This document shows positions 18,460 through 29,077 of a DNA stretch of 64,000 nt, in pieces (positions within the stretch are counted from its first letter, which is position 1; every line of letters starts with the position of its first letter). Origin of the DNA: Patescibacteria group bacterium (lineage in GTDB: Bacteria > Patescibacteriota > WWE3 > 2-01-FULL-39-13); assembly GCA_048499955.1 (NCBI GenBank), contig JASNYX010000004.1:3249-67248 (forward strand), in the 5' to 3' direction. Under the pieces are notes generated by a model. That model saw only the letters and a program-made list of their open reading frames with translations, searched no databases and had not been told where the DNA came from. The position numbers and the translations under genes were made by a program.

Positions 18460-18819
18460 TTAAACAACAATATACCGGTGAGCATTTTCTCTAATCCATT
18501 TATGATGGCTGCGATATTGAGGGTCAATCCGCGAAACCTCTTTCCAGTAATGTTCGCTATGATTTTGATGAGTTAAATGCGCCAATTCGTGTTTTATGAT
18601 GTATTCCATAATCTTTTTGGGGAATTTTATAATCTGCCAATTAAAGTTGAGGTTTTTCTTTGAGGAACAACTTCCAAGCCTGGTTCGCTGATTTCTTATA
18701 GCAATTCTATTGTATTTATAGCCATGCAGCTGAGCAATTTTTTCAACATTTGAGACTATAACTTCGCGGGCAAGGTCTTTATTCTTGTAATATTGGGTTT
18801 TCCTCACGGTCTTTTTCAT
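18460..18819 (-). CDS. YgjP/DUF45 (M48-like) metallohydrolase
   Basis: RNQRTRLGSCS, YIIKHELAHL..NHS. Confidence 0.85.
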   Translation of the reverse strand: MKKTVRKTQYYKNKDLAREVIVSNVEKIAQLHGYKYNRIAIRNQRTRLGSCSSKKNLNFNWQIIKFPKKIMEYIIKHELAHLTHQNHSEHYWKEVSRIDPQYRSHHKWIRENAHRYIVV

Positions 18820-19090
18820 GCTTAGAGGAACATTGGAAAATCCTCTTAAGCTAATTCCGAAAGCCGGAATTTCTCAATATTACAATTGAAATCTTTAAGA
18901 AGATTTTGCAATGATTTCCAACTTAAAAATACGCTAGAAATCAGCTTTTTGGGCTGAATGGGCGTTGCTCGTAATTTCTTCCGAGAGTAGCCCTATATAG
19001 GCAAGATGCCAACAGCGGTAGCTTAGATATGAGCTGTTACTGCTTGCTATGGCTGGGGTGGAGCCAAAATATGTTAGCATTATAACAGCT

Positions 19091-20410
19091 ATGGATTTGA
19101 AAAGTACATACAAAAGATTACTTGAGAAAAGCGTTGAAATTCAGAGCATTTCAACCGATTCGTCATATCAAAGTCAAGTTGAGGTAATGGCCAAATGGTG
19201 TGCATCGGAGCTGTCGGAAATCGGCTTTGAAACCGAATATATCGAGGGATATGGTAACCCAATTATTCTCGCAACGCTTTTAATTAATCCGAAACTCGAA
19301 ACTGTAATTCACTATGGACACTACGATGTTCAACCCGCCTCGGAAGATGAAGGATGGGATTCAAACCCCTTTAAACTAGTCGAACAAGACGGAAGATACT
19401 ATGCTAGAGGTTCCACCGACAATAAAGGACAATTTCTTGCATATTTCGCAGTTATAAAACAACTGATCAGAGAGGGCAATCTAGGCTACAACATAAAGTT
19501 TATACTCGAAGGAAATGAAGAAACCGGGTCTCCGCTTCTAAGCAAGTTTATCCGAGATTATAACCATAAACTCCAAGCTGATTTCGCATTAATCTCTGAT
19601 GGTGAACAGGTTAACGGGCAACCTACAATCGATATTTCTTACAGAGGATCAATCAATGCCGAACTTACTGTTTATGGGCCGGTAAACACGCTTCATTCCG
19701 GACTATATGGAGGAATCATTACAAATCCGGCAAACCTACTTACACAGGTGATATCACAAATTACTCAGCCAACAGGGTCAACTACAGTTTTCGGACTAAC
19801 CAAATCTTTGATCTCCCCTGAAGACGAACTCAACATGAGCGAAAATCAATTCAACTATAAAGAGTTCTCAGAATCTACAGGAATCGAACGTCCCTTACAA
19901 AGTAGCACCAGAGAAATATATTACACACTGGGGTTTACAAACGTTATTGAAATTACCGGGATTACCTCAGGGTATACAGGTGAAGGATTCAGAAATGCTA
20001 TTCCGATTAGTGCCACAGCAAAAATCAATATCAGGTTTGAACCGGGTTTAAAACCGGAAGAAGTCACTGAGATGATTACTAATAAAATTAATGCACTAAT
20101 TTCTCCACAAACTAAATACAGCTTTGAAATAAAAGATACTTCTTACGGGATAAAAATGGAAACTCAGAATATATATGCGCAGAAAGCGATAAAATTACTC
20201 GTAGAAGCTTATAATAAACCGATATTTTACAACTACTGTGGTGCAACACTTCCTATTGCCTACGATTTACAAGAAGGACTTAAAATCCCCACTATTTTTA
20301 CCGGACTAGCAAATGCTGACTGCAACATGCACGGAGCGAATGAAAATATAAGCGTAGAAGTTATAGAAAAAGGTCTCAACTTTCTCAGAAACTTTTTAAA
20401 GTCGAATTAA
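19091..20410 (+). CDS. M20 family dipeptidase
   Basis: YGHYDVQP, ARGSTDNKG, EGNEETGS, HGANE. Confidence 0.9.
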   Translation: MDLKSTYKRLLEKSVEIQSISTDSSYQSQVEVMAKWCASELSEIGFETEYIEGYGNPIILATLLINPKLETVIHYGHYDVQPASEDEGWDSNPFKLVEQDGRYYARGSTDNKGQFLAYFAVIKQLIREGNLGYNIKFILEGNEETGSPLLSKFIRDYNHKLQADFALISDGEQVNGQPTIDISYRGSINAELTVYGPVNTLHSGLYGGIITNPANLLTQVISQITQPTGSTTVFGLTKSLISPEDELNMSENQFNYKEFSESTGIERPLQSSTREIYYTLGFTNVIEITGITSGYTGEGFRNAIPISATAKINIRFEPGLKPEEVTEMITNKINALISPQTKYSFEIKDTSYGIKMETQNIYAQKAIKLLVEAYNKPIFYNYCGATLPIAYDLQEGLKIPTIFTGLANADCNMHGANENISVEVIEKGLNFLRNFLKSN

Positions 20411-20424
20411 AGATACCCGCAAAC

Positions 20425-20453
20425 AAAAAAAGCCCCAGTTTTCCCTGAGGCTT
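20425..20453 (-). terminator. Intrinsic terminator of the DsbA gene
   Basis: Minus strand AAGCCTCAG-GGAAAA-CTGGGGCTT followed by a T run. Confidence 0.7.
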
Positions 20454-20475
20454 CATGAAAATTTATTAAAGAGAA

Positions 20476-21456
20476 TTATTTCAGATATTCATCGATAATA
20501 ACTTTTAGCTGTTCAAACGGAACGGCACCTTCGATCTGTCGACCCATAATAGTTCCATTAGAGGTGCTTTTACCCACAAAGAAAGTAGGAGTTCCATATG
20601 CTTCCACGTTTATAGCATCGTTAATATCTTTTCTTACCTCATCACCGTATTTTTCAGTGTCTAAACACTGTGAAAAATTGTCCATATTCAAATTTAGATC
20701 TCTAGCAATGGATATAAGATCTGATTTTTGCAGAGGCTGAGCACCTGGTGTGCCTGGCTTTGGAGCACGAGCAAATAGTTGATCATGATATTTCCAGTAA
20801 GCATCATCGCTACCCTGCTCGAATGCACAGTTAGCAGCAAGTGATTTTTCGAATGCCAATGGGTGAAGTTGCTTAACAGGTAAATCACGATAAACAAATT
20901 TCACTTTTCCGGTATCAACATATTCCCTCTTTAAACTCGGATAAATTTCATCATAAAAATATTTACACCAAGGACAATCATAATCCGAGAACTCTATAAT
21001 AGTGACGGGTGCATCTTTAGAACCTAAAACCGGATCATCATCAATTGATACTTCCATAATCTTCGGTTCATTCGGATTTCGTTGGGCATTATTCGCAGCA
21101 TTGTTAGCAGAAGGCTGAGAGCTAGCGGTATTAGCAAAACCAATATGCTTTCCGATTTTATTTTCGAACCAAGTAGTTCGAGTAAAAATCATCATGAAAC
21201 AAATCAACAATGCGGATCCCAAAACAGCCGAAGCCAGAATTAATGTATTCACATCATATTTCGAAGACTTTTTATTTTCAGGGTAATACTTACCGTTATT
21301 CTCAAGTAAGTCAGATTTCAGTTCTTTCTCAAGATTTCTATCGTAAAAACCAAAATGATTTAAGACATTCAATTTTCTTAAAAATCTGATGTCCTTTTTC
21401 ATATCGCTTAAATTTTTAATAATTTCGTCGTGGGATTCAGATGGGTTAGAAGACAT
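20476..21456 (-). CDS. DsbA-family thioredoxin-fold protein
   Basis: EFSDYDCPWC, GTPTFF; one TM anchor. Confidence 0.9.
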   Translation of the reverse strand: MSSNPSESHDEIIKNLSDMKKDIRFLRKLNVLNHFGFYDRNLEKELKSDLLENNGKYYPENKKSSKYDVNTLILASAVLGSALLICFMMIFTRTTWFENKIGKHIGFANTASSQPSANNAANNAQRNPNEPKIMEVSIDDDPVLGSKDAPVTIIEFSDYDCPWCKYFYDEIYPSLKREYVDTGKVKFVYRDLPVKQLHPLAFEKSLAANCAFEQGSDDAYWKYHDQLFARAPKPGTPGAQPLQKSDLISIARDLNLNMDNFSQCLDTEKYGDEVRKDINDAINVEAYGTPTFFVGKSTSNGTIMGRQIEGAVPFEQLKVIIDEYLK

Positions 21457-21475
21457 ATATCCACATAATACTTTT

Positions 21476-22579
21476 TTAGTTTGCCAAAAGCAAACTGATA
21501 TTCTTCAAGTTATTTAGGATTTCGTCACGATGATAATTGCTCAATATTTCAGGTTGCCCATAATCATGAATATAAGTTGGTATAAATTCAATGTCGACTA
21601 ATTCTTTACCGGAAAAATAATATTTCCCGATAACACCTTCCCTGGTTTTTTCCGACCACATTTGATCAAAAATTAAATTTCCATGCGAATACATTATTAC
21701 TTTACCTTCGTAAATCTCTATCGGTTGATACCAATGTGGGTGATTTCCTAAAACTAAATCAGCACCTGAATCTATACTTAGCCTAGCAAAATCGATCTGC
21801 CGTTGAGTTGGTTGATGGGTATATTCATTTCCCCAGTGGTACATTACTATTACTAAATCTGAATTATTCTGTGCATACTTAATTTCGTTTTCTATTGATT
21901 TTCTTTCAATACAAGCAATTCCACCATACAGACACTCAATATCGTTGTAAGCCAAAAATGCGATTTTTATCCCCTTAACTTCTTTATATACCGGGTTTTT
22001 AATCCCTACAGAAAGCATATTATTTTCGGTTAAAACTTCTAATGTGTCGTTTAATCCGGAAATGCCGTAATTCATAGTGTGATTATTGGAAATCCCCACA
22101 ACGTCTATCCCTGCATGAAGTAGACCTTCAACGTGTCTGGTGCTTGAACAAAAAATCATTCCATCGTTTTTTACCGGACAATTTTTTATCATCGGATTTT
22201 CAAGATTAATAAAGGCGATATCAGATTCTCTTAAAGTATCTGCAACGTTCCTAAAAGCCCAAGAATAATCACTATATTGGATAGTTTTATAGTTTACCGT
22301 TCGTCCGAGCATTACATCACCTGTAACGGCTAGGGACCAAATAGTTTCATCTGCCTCAGGAATTGTTCCGTCAAATATAGAGTCAATCGTTATAGTCTGT
22401 GGAGTTTTTTGTCTTGTCGGATCACTAGGAAAAGTATTAAGTTCTTCAGTCTGAACCTCAACCCGGGGCACATTATTCGAATCATCTAACACCGAAGAGT
22501 CAATGTCTGATGTAAGGGCAAAGAACAATATAGTAACAGCTAAAATATAAGGAGTATATTTGAACTTTTTAAGTCCCAT
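21476..22579 (-). CDS. CapA/PGA_cap family metallophosphatase-fold protein
   Basis: GDVMLGR, NLENP, NNHTMNYG, HWGNEY, GNHPH. Confidence 0.9.
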   Translation of the reverse strand: MGLKKFKYTPYILAVTILFFALTSDIDSSVLDDSNNVPRVEVQTEELNTFPSDPTRQKTPQTITIDSIFDGTIPEADETIWSLAVTGDVMLGRTVNYKTIQYSDYSWAFRNVADTLRESDIAFINLENPMIKNCPVKNDGMIFCSSTRHVEGLLHAGIDVVGISNNHTMNYGISGLNDTLEVLTENNMLSVGIKNPVYKEVKGIKIAFLAYNDIECLYGGIACIERKSIENEIKYAQNNSDLVIVMYHWGNEYTHQPTQRQIDFARLSIDSGADLVLGNHPHWYQPIEIYEGKVIMYSHGNLIFDQMWSEKTREGVIGKYYFSGKELVDIEFIPTYIHDYGQPEILSNYHRDEILNNLKNISLLLAN

Positions 22580-22628
22580 CGTTAATTATCAGAGAGGTGT
22601 ATAGGCATATTTTACGATAAATCCGCTA

Positions 22629-24087
22629 TTAAACAATAAGGAAGCTAGCGTAAATCAATAATATCAAAGCAGAAATGATGGGAGATATTTCAGATATATA
22701 GGCAACACGATTAAAAACCGGTTTTTTCAAAGCACTAGCCAAAAAAACTACGAGTGACAAGGCAATCAGGATTCCAAATCCAAAACTAAGAATCGACGGA
22801 ATTATTAGCCAGATTTTTTTAGCTGAAATTACCAACATAAAAATCGACCAACCAAAGATACAAGGAGCTAAACCTGAGATGAATCCGATCCATATCTGTT
22901 CACGATAGGATCTTCTATCATCGAATAATTCTTCATGACTGTGTTCAAACTCACCATGTGAATGTGTATGTGGCTTCATTATTGGATTCTTATTATCAGA
23001 AGATTTTCCATCCCTTAATTTATCTTCTCGATATGCTGCAATATTTCTAAATAACATATAAAGTGCCATGAAAAATAGTGCGTATGCCGCAAACTTCTCT
23101 AACATATTGAACTTCGAATAAATATCAACAAAGTTATTAATAAATAGGAAAATTAGGCCGATAATAATAATGTCACCAATATGCGTAAGCGTGAAAATAA
23201 CGCTATAAATCATGCCCCTTTTTACGGTCATACTGCGATGAAGCATCGCAGAAGTCAAAACAACCTTACTATGACCGGCTTCAACTGTGTGTAGAAATCC
23301 CAATAAGAATATAACGCTCAAAATGGAAAGTGCACTCATATCTCTAAAATCCTGATTGCCTGTTAGTGTACTTTTAAGCTTATTCCAAATCTTCTTAATA
23401 TTCGTAGTTAAACCCGATGCACTAACTAGGCCGGAAGATAACTCGGGATCTTCACGCTCAGAATATGAAGGATCATCCGGTCCGATGGGGATATCCGTAG
23501 ATATAAAATTTTGAGGTTTTATTAAATTAACGGAACCATTCTCCAGAACCATTTCGGATTCCTGATAGTACTTGTTCATCTCTACCTTATCCAGAAAAAG
23601 ATCTCCATTATAGATGCTCACAAAATTTGACTCATACTCGAAGAGTTCTAAGAATAAGCTATTTTTTAGCTTTAAGTTATTCAGCGGCTCACTACACTTG
23701 AATTTAAATACAAGCCTTGCTCCGATTGATAACGGATAATCACCATCGCTTTGAGGAAGATCCTCAAAACCGGATTCACACTTAGTACCGTTATTATAAA
23801 TCTCAAGGTGTGAAAGCACATATGCACTGTACACAGACTTATACTCCATCAACTCATAAATATCGCGTGCATCAACTCCTTTTTCCTTCGAAGCAAAGCT
23901 GCGGCTTGAAACCAATTTATATACAGATAACCTACGGAAGTTCTTGCATCAATTCGGAATCATCCGCATCCTTATAAAAATACAAGTATAGATCAGTATT
24001 ATCTAACGGATGTGCATAAACAGGAGAAGCAAATATCCCCTGCATGCATAATGTAATCAGTAAAACAAAAAGAATTTTAATTTTCAT
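22629..24087 (-). pseudogene. Nickel/cobalt transporter (RcnA/NicO-like) with exported N-terminal domain; frameshift near the 5' end
   Basis: HTVEAGHSK, HTHSHGEFEHSH, GLAPC. The signal peptide MKIKILFVLL...VYA-HPLD starts at 24087 in a different frame and stops near 23932. Confidence 0.7.
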
Positions 24088-24172
24088 TAGCAAATAAATT
24101 GTTCCAAACCACGCAAAGTATACTACTATTTCAGGTAAGGATTATGCGTTAAAATCATTTTAAATTAGTGTT

Positions 24173-24850
24173 ATGAATACAAAGAAAATATCAATATTAG
24201 CCTTAATATCTTGTTTTATCATCGTTGCGAGCTTACTACTTTATACTTCAACCATTTCCAAAAGTAAGTCAGATACATCAAGCAACGGGAACACCCAGAT
24301 CACAGAGCTGGAATTCGAATCTGATAATAACTTAGATATATATGAGATCCATGACGCAGAAGTAACCTATGAAGCAGTCAAAAAGTTTTTCAACAAACCC
24401 GAGGAAACCGTAATAGGTGTTACAAAGAGCGTTTCAGGCAAAGCAACATGGAATCCTGAAACAAAAGTCGTACAGGCAGATATTCGGGTTAATCTTGCTG
24501 ACCTTCAAACAGATAATCCTAAAAGAGATGAGCATGTAAAAGGTTTCTTTAATGACCTAAACGCTATATTCCAAATTCATAATCACATGGCCGAAATTGA
24601 GGTAGACACTATATTTAGAAATGAGGTTCAAGGTAGTATCACTATTAACGGAGTTACCAAAGAACTAACCTTTGAAGTCGAAGGCACTATCACTGAAGCC
24701 TCATTCGACGTTTCGGGCTACACGGACACCAGAATTTCCGAGTTTGGGATTAACCCTCCCTCTATGATGGGCGTTTTTACTGCAGCAGATGAAATCAAGC
24801 TGGGATTTAAAATCTCAGGGTCGAGAATTACTGATTCTACCCATCAATAG
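24173..24850 (+). CDS. YceI-family protein
   Basis: LQTDNPKRDEH, GSITINGVTKE, ISEFGINPP. Confidence 0.85.
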   Translation: MNTKKISILALISCFIIVASLLLYTSTISKSKSDTSSNGNTQITELEFESDNNLDIYEIHDAEVTYEAVKKFFNKPEETVIGVTKSVSGKATWNPETKVVQADIRVNLADLQTDNPKRDEHVKGFFNDLNAIFQIHNHMAEIEVDTIFRNEVQGSITINGVTKELTFEVEGTITEASFDVSGYTDTRISEFGINPPSMMGVFTAADEIKLGFKISGSRITDSTHQ

Positions 24851-24986
24851 CCACGATCTGGTATAATTACCTCATAGTTAAATATTCTCTTTTCGTGCGT
24901 GCGTCAGTGACTTCTTTCCCCAAAGTGAAATGTCATCCGTCAAGCAAAAAAGGTCAACATCTTTGGAGGTGAAAAAATAAATTCAT

Positions 24987-25295
24987 ATGTCAACAAAATT
25001 ATTCGTAGGAGGACTTTCATGGGGTACAACCGATGAAACACTTCGAAACTTCTTTTCTCAGTACGGTAATGTAGTCTCAGCATCTGTCATCATCGACAGA
25101 ATGAGCGGCAAATCCAAAGGATTCGGATTCGTCGAATACGCTACCGAAGCTGAAGCTCAAGCAGCTATGCAGGCAAATGGCCAAGAACTAGATGGTAGAA
25201 CTATCTCCATCAGCGAAGCCAGACCTCAGGCTCCTAGAGAAAACCGTTTTGGAAACGGGAATTCCGGTAGAGACGGAAACAGGAATAGATATTAA
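24987..25295 (+). CDS. RRM RNA-binding protein
   Basis: RNP2 LFVGGL, RNP1 KGFGFVEY, G/R-rich tail. Confidence 0.93.
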   Translation: MSTKLFVGGLSWGTTDETLRNFFSQYGNVVSASVIIDRMSGKSKGFGFVEYATEAEAQAAMQANGQELDGRTISISEARPQAPRENRFGNGNSGRDGNRNRY

Positions 25296-25319
25296 TCGAT
25301 TCCTAAAGCAAATACTATT

Positions 25320-25360
25320 CCGCCACACCATATTTCATTATGAGTCGTGGCGGATGGTTT
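25320..25360 (+). terminator. Probable terminator hairpin after the RRM gene
   Basis: CCGCCAC...GTGGCGG stem followed by GGTTTT. Confidence 0.4.
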
Positions 25361-25474
25361 TGTGTATATCTCCCCCAAAATTGTCGTGAAACTATTTTTC
25401 TTTTCACAAAATCTTTCATAAAACTGCATCCATTAGAATTTGACCTAATTTGTTTACTAAAATATGATAGTGTT

Positions 25475-26164
25475 ATGGACGAGCTACTCAGGTACATAAA
25501 ATCTGCAATAGACAAAGGACAAACACGTCAAGAAATATCCGATAAATTGAAAACAACCGGATGGTCGGAAGAAAAAATTGCACTAGCTTTTTCTAGTATC
25601 GATGAAAATATACCTCTACCACCGACACCTTCCCTAGAATCCGCATCCGTATCCGTCAAACAGGAGGAATCTTCCGGAAATGTCAGCATGTGGGACAGTT
25701 TTGAGCACATATTGCTTTTCATTAGCTTGTATTCAATGGGTACTTCGATTGCACTAATACTTCACGCGTTAATCGATCAATGGATATTAGATTCTGCTAT
25801 AAATCAGTACGATTACTATGGAACCGAGTGGAGGGCAGACTCTTTAAGACTTTATCTGGCATTTCTCATCGTGTCCTACCCCATTTTTGCTTATATGTTT
25901 AATAGGGTAAGCAAAAAAACCGATATCGAACCGGCACTTAGAAGATTGAAATCGAGGAAAATACTTATATACATCACTTTGATCGTAACATTCCTGCTTT
26001 ACATGACCAGCATTGGGCAGACAATTTATAAACTGCTGAGCGGTTCTTTAACCGCAAATTTTATGGCACACGCACTAACAACAATTATATTAACCGGAAT
26101 AGTTTTCTACTATTATCTTCAACAAGTAAAGGATGATAGAAGAGCAGCCTCTACAATAAAATGA
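25475..26164 (+). CDS. DUF5671-like membrane protein
   Basis: YIKSAIDKG...L..GW N-terminus, FEHILLFISLY, SRKILIYITL; 4 TM segments. Confidence 0.7.
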   Translation: MDELLRYIKSAIDKGQTRQEISDKLKTTGWSEEKIALAFSSIDENIPLPPTPSLESASVSVKQEESSGNVSMWDSFEHILLFISLYSMGTSIALILHALIDQWILDSAINQYDYYGTEWRADSLRLYLAFLIVSYPIFAYMFNRVSKKTDIEPALRRLKSRKILIYITLIVTFLLYMTSIGQTIYKLLSGSLTANFMAHALTTIILTGIVFYYYLQQVKDDRRAASTIK

Positions 26165-26616
26165 AAAGTCATCAGGCATTTTTAACTTTATTCACAATAC
26201 TTACGATCATAAGTGCAATTCTGGCCTTTTCGACAGCTGGAGCTCCCTGGAAAGCACGTGAAGAAAAAATTGATAATCAACACGTACAAAACATCTCTAG
26301 AATTGCAAACGATCTATATAGTGAATTTACACAGGCAAATCAACCTCTTCCTATGACTATCGAAAGTAAAAATTACTATGTAAACCCGGAAACTAATCTG
26401 CCTGACACCTATAACTATAGGAGACTTTCGGAACTCTCTTTTGAGCTATGTGCCGATTTTAAGACCAACACTTCAAACAGGCCTCCGTACATGCAATATG
26501 CAGGAAGTACGAATATCGATTTCAGACATAACGAAGGTTACCAGTGTTTCAAATTCAACTATTCCTATCCGGATAATTCAAAAATGATTCCAGTATCACA
26601 GCCACTAAATAGATAA
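26161..26616 (+). CDS. Membrane-anchored hypothetical protein (DUF5671 partner)
   Basis: N-terminal TM, YNYR...FELCADF, H..GYQCF. Confidence 0.6.
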   Translation: MKSHQAFLTLFTILTIISAILAFSTAGAPWKAREEKIDNQHVQNISRIANDLYSEFTQANQPLPMTIESKNYYVNPETNLPDTYNYRRLSELSFELCADFKTNTSNRPPYMQYAGSTNIDFRHNEGYQCFKFNYSYPDNSKMIPVSQPLNR

Positions 26617-27738
26617 GGATTTTAATAGCTCTTTAGGTTCATCCAGGCTGATATTATAACGAATTGATTTTCTAAACTCATCAGCCGCTGCTTGATTATT
26701 ACCCTGTTTCTGATGAATTTTCCCTCGAATAATATATAATTCTGAAAATGCTCGGTTTCCGCTTTCTAAAATGCGATCTGAGATTTCAAAAACCCTATCA
26801 TATTGTTGAAATTCGTAATATGAAATTAGTGGTTCAATTTGATACCACAAAGTTCTACGAGAGATAAAAGGTTCGACTTTTTCAAATTCTTCAATTGCTT
26901 TCACATGATCCCCCGTGTTTGTATACGCAACTGATAAGTTGAACCTCGCATAAACATCGCTCTGATCCTCATTTATATGCATTAATGAATTTTTAACTGC
27001 ATTTTCCCATGAAACCCTAGCATCCGACTCTGGGCCTAAAGCTCTATCAACAATATCTTTTTTTTCTGCAGGAACAAGTAGCAGGTATTCGTAGTTAAAT
27101 TTTCTCCATAAAACATCAAGATCTTCATATGTGTAAACTAGATTTTTACCTTGTAAGGAATCGTCCTGAATAATAATCCGTTTATTCTCATCATAACCTT
27201 TAATAACTCTATAATGTCCAATGTCTTCATTTTCTTTGAGCCAGGTTCTTACAATAACAGGCATATCGTTAGTAATAAATACTTTTAGTAAATCGATAGT
27301 GCCATTTGGACGATGGTAAGGAATTAATCCGTAATCTGTTGATTTTACAGCAAGCTCTTCCAGAGTTGTGGATTTATCATCATTATCACCTTTTGGATGC
27401 TGATACGGACGTAACTCACGCCCTAAGGTTTCTTGGCTTTCATTTATTCCATAGTAGCTAAGGGCCATGGAAAAAGCTGCATGTCCACAGTTATTGAAAG
27501 TTTGAAAGATGTGGTAATTGTTAAACAAAGTTTTTTGAGCGGGTATCGCCAATTCATTACCCGGATGATCCACTTCACTGCCACGAAGTCGTTCTTCACT
27601 TTCATAATTATCAAGTCGAGACGATCCGTTTAGGTCGTCGACTTTGTTCGTTACAGAAGGTCCAGAAGGATAAAAGGAAACCCAAAAAGAGAGAATTAAT
27701 ATAGCAGCTGAGTAAGCAATCGCAACATATTTAAGCAC
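26605..27738 (-). CDS. Peptidase C39-like + TPR protein
   Basis: QTFNNCG, GHYRVIKGYD, QDDS; C-terminal TPRs; start uncertain. Confidence 0.8.
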   Translation of the reverse strand: MLKYVAIAYSAAILILSFWVSFYPSGPSVTNKVDDLNGSSRLDNYESEERLRGSEVDHPGNELAIPAQKTLFNNYHIFQTFNNCGHAAFSMALSYYGINESQETLGRELRPYQHPKGDNDDKSTTLEELAVKSTDYGLIPYHRPNGTIDLLKVFITNDMPVIVRTWLKENEDIGHYRVIKGYDENKRIIIQDDSLQGKNLVYTYEDLDVLWRKFNYEYLLLVPAEKKDIVDRALGPESDARVSWENAVKNSLMHINEDQSDVYARFNLSVAYTNTGDHVKAIEEFEKVEPFISRRTLWYQIEPLISYYEFQQYDRVFEISDRILESGNRAFSELYIIRGKIHQKQGNNQAAADEFRKSIRYNISLDEPKELLKSLSI

Positions 27739-27842
27739 AATAATATTTTGAAATTCACAAAACACACAGCAAGTAGATACTACAGCTCGGACCGGAATTC
27801 CCCCTGTAGCTCCAATTTCGTAAGAAGATCCACGTAGGAAAT

Positions 27843-28085
27843 TTATCCCGCAATCATCGCAATAGCAACACCTGTTGCCACTCCGAAAACTGCGCCAAAA
27901 ATTCCATTCATAACAACACCTTGTACGATGCCCAATCTAGATAAACTTTCTGTGAAATAATTAAAACTGACACTCCGGCCTAAAATAGGCATATCTTTCG
28001 GAAAAACCCCATGTCTGAACTCTGAGACTACTTTCCCTATAGCCGATTTTGATCCACCAAATAAACCTGACATTAATTGGGACAT
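27843..28085 (-). CDS. Small hypothetical membrane protein
   Basis: AAGGAGGAGG RBS; Gly-rich C-terminal TM. Confidence 0.6.
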   Translation of the reverse strand: MSQLMSGLFGGSKSAIGKVVSEFRHGVFPKDMPILGRSVSFNYFTESLSRLGIVQGVVMNGIFGAVFGVATGVAIAMIAG

Positions 28086-28264
28086 TATTGCCTCCTCCTT
28101 AAATCATAAACACATACAAACTGATTTCGAGACTACACTAGGAAGCTTTAGAAAATGATAAACGAAATGTAAGAAATCTGTAAATAAAACCCAGCTCATA
28201 CTTCTTATTAAATTCTTACCGTAATTTTCCATATTTTTATATTCATCAGGTATCATTGTTAACT

Positions 28265-28483
28265 ATGGAAGCAGCTGAATTAATGTACTACACCGTAACC
28301 GCAGGAATAATAATATTCATAATAATAATGTTATTTCTTGCTTACCAGATTACTTTATTTTTAACAGCCTTAAAGGTTCTGCTGTGGCAATTGAGAAGTA
28401 TTCCCCAAGCCGCAAGAGTGGCCTTTAGTGGCTTTCAGCTAAGTTTAATTCGCCAATTGTTAAATATTTTTAAAAGGAGGTGA
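28265..28483 (+). CDS. Small membrane protein
   Basis: One long TM helix; coupled to the YtxH-like gene. Confidence 0.55.
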   Translation: MEAAELMYYTVTAGIIIFIIIMLFLAYQITLFLTALKVLLWQLRSIPQAARVAFSGFQLSLIRQLLNIFKRR

Positions 28484-28485
28484 TA

Positions 28486-28755
28486 ATGATGGCAAGATAT
28501 GACAACTATAATAGAGATAATGGTGGCTCAATGCTGGCGTTTTTTTTTGGAGCAGTTGCAGGAGCCTTAGCTATTATTTTACTGGATCGTGATTTGAGAG
28601 ACAAAGTTGAACATAAACTTCACGAAACTAAAGATAAAATTAGAGACAAAGCAACTGAAATAACAGAGCAAGTCGAAGGCACGGCCCACCAAAAACTACG
28701 TGAAGCAGAAGATATGATCGATGAAAGACGAAACAAGCGTGAAGGTGAAAACTAA
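28486..28755 (+). CDS. YtxH-like protein
   Basis: FFFGAVAGALAIILL followed by a charged coiled coil; AGGAGGTG RBS. Confidence 0.75.
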   Translation: MMARYDNYNRDNGGSMLAFFFGAVAGALAIILLDRDLRDKVEHKLHETKDKIRDKATEITEQVEGTAHQKLREAEDMIDERRNKREGEN

Positions 28756-28973
28756 TCGGTATTGGTGAATCGTATTAATAATAATAGCGAAAGTCCGAGA
28801 ATGACTGAAAAAATAAAGCTCAACTCCGGGCTGGCGGGGAATACATAAATATCAAGCAGTCCCCAAGTGCCTCTCCATAGCAAGATAGCCGCTAAATCCA
28901 CAATAAGGGATGCGGCTATGCTCCGGTTGTTCTTACGTCTGTATATGATTTTGCCTAGAATCTCATTTAACAC
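28752..28973 (-). CDS. Small 2-TM hypothetical protein
   Basis: LLWRGTWGLLDIYVFP motif. Confidence 0.6.
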   Translation of the reverse strand: MLNEILGKIIYRRKNNRSIAASLIVDLAAILLWRGTWGLLDIYVFPASPELSFIFSVILGLSLLLLIRFTNTD

Positions 28974-29032
28974 TTTATTGATTATATTCCAACAGGAGTG
29001 AAATCAAAACGGCACAAAATAATCACCTTAAC

Positions 29033-29063
29033 TTCAGCCAAATCTCAGGAAAAGACTTATAAT
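29033..29063 (+). promoter_or_regulatory. OmpR-type direct-repeat box + -10 of the response regulator gene
   Basis: TTCAG-N6-CTCAG (29033-29048), then TATAAT at 29058. Confidence 0.65.
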
Positions 29064-29077
29064 ATGACATATAAATT

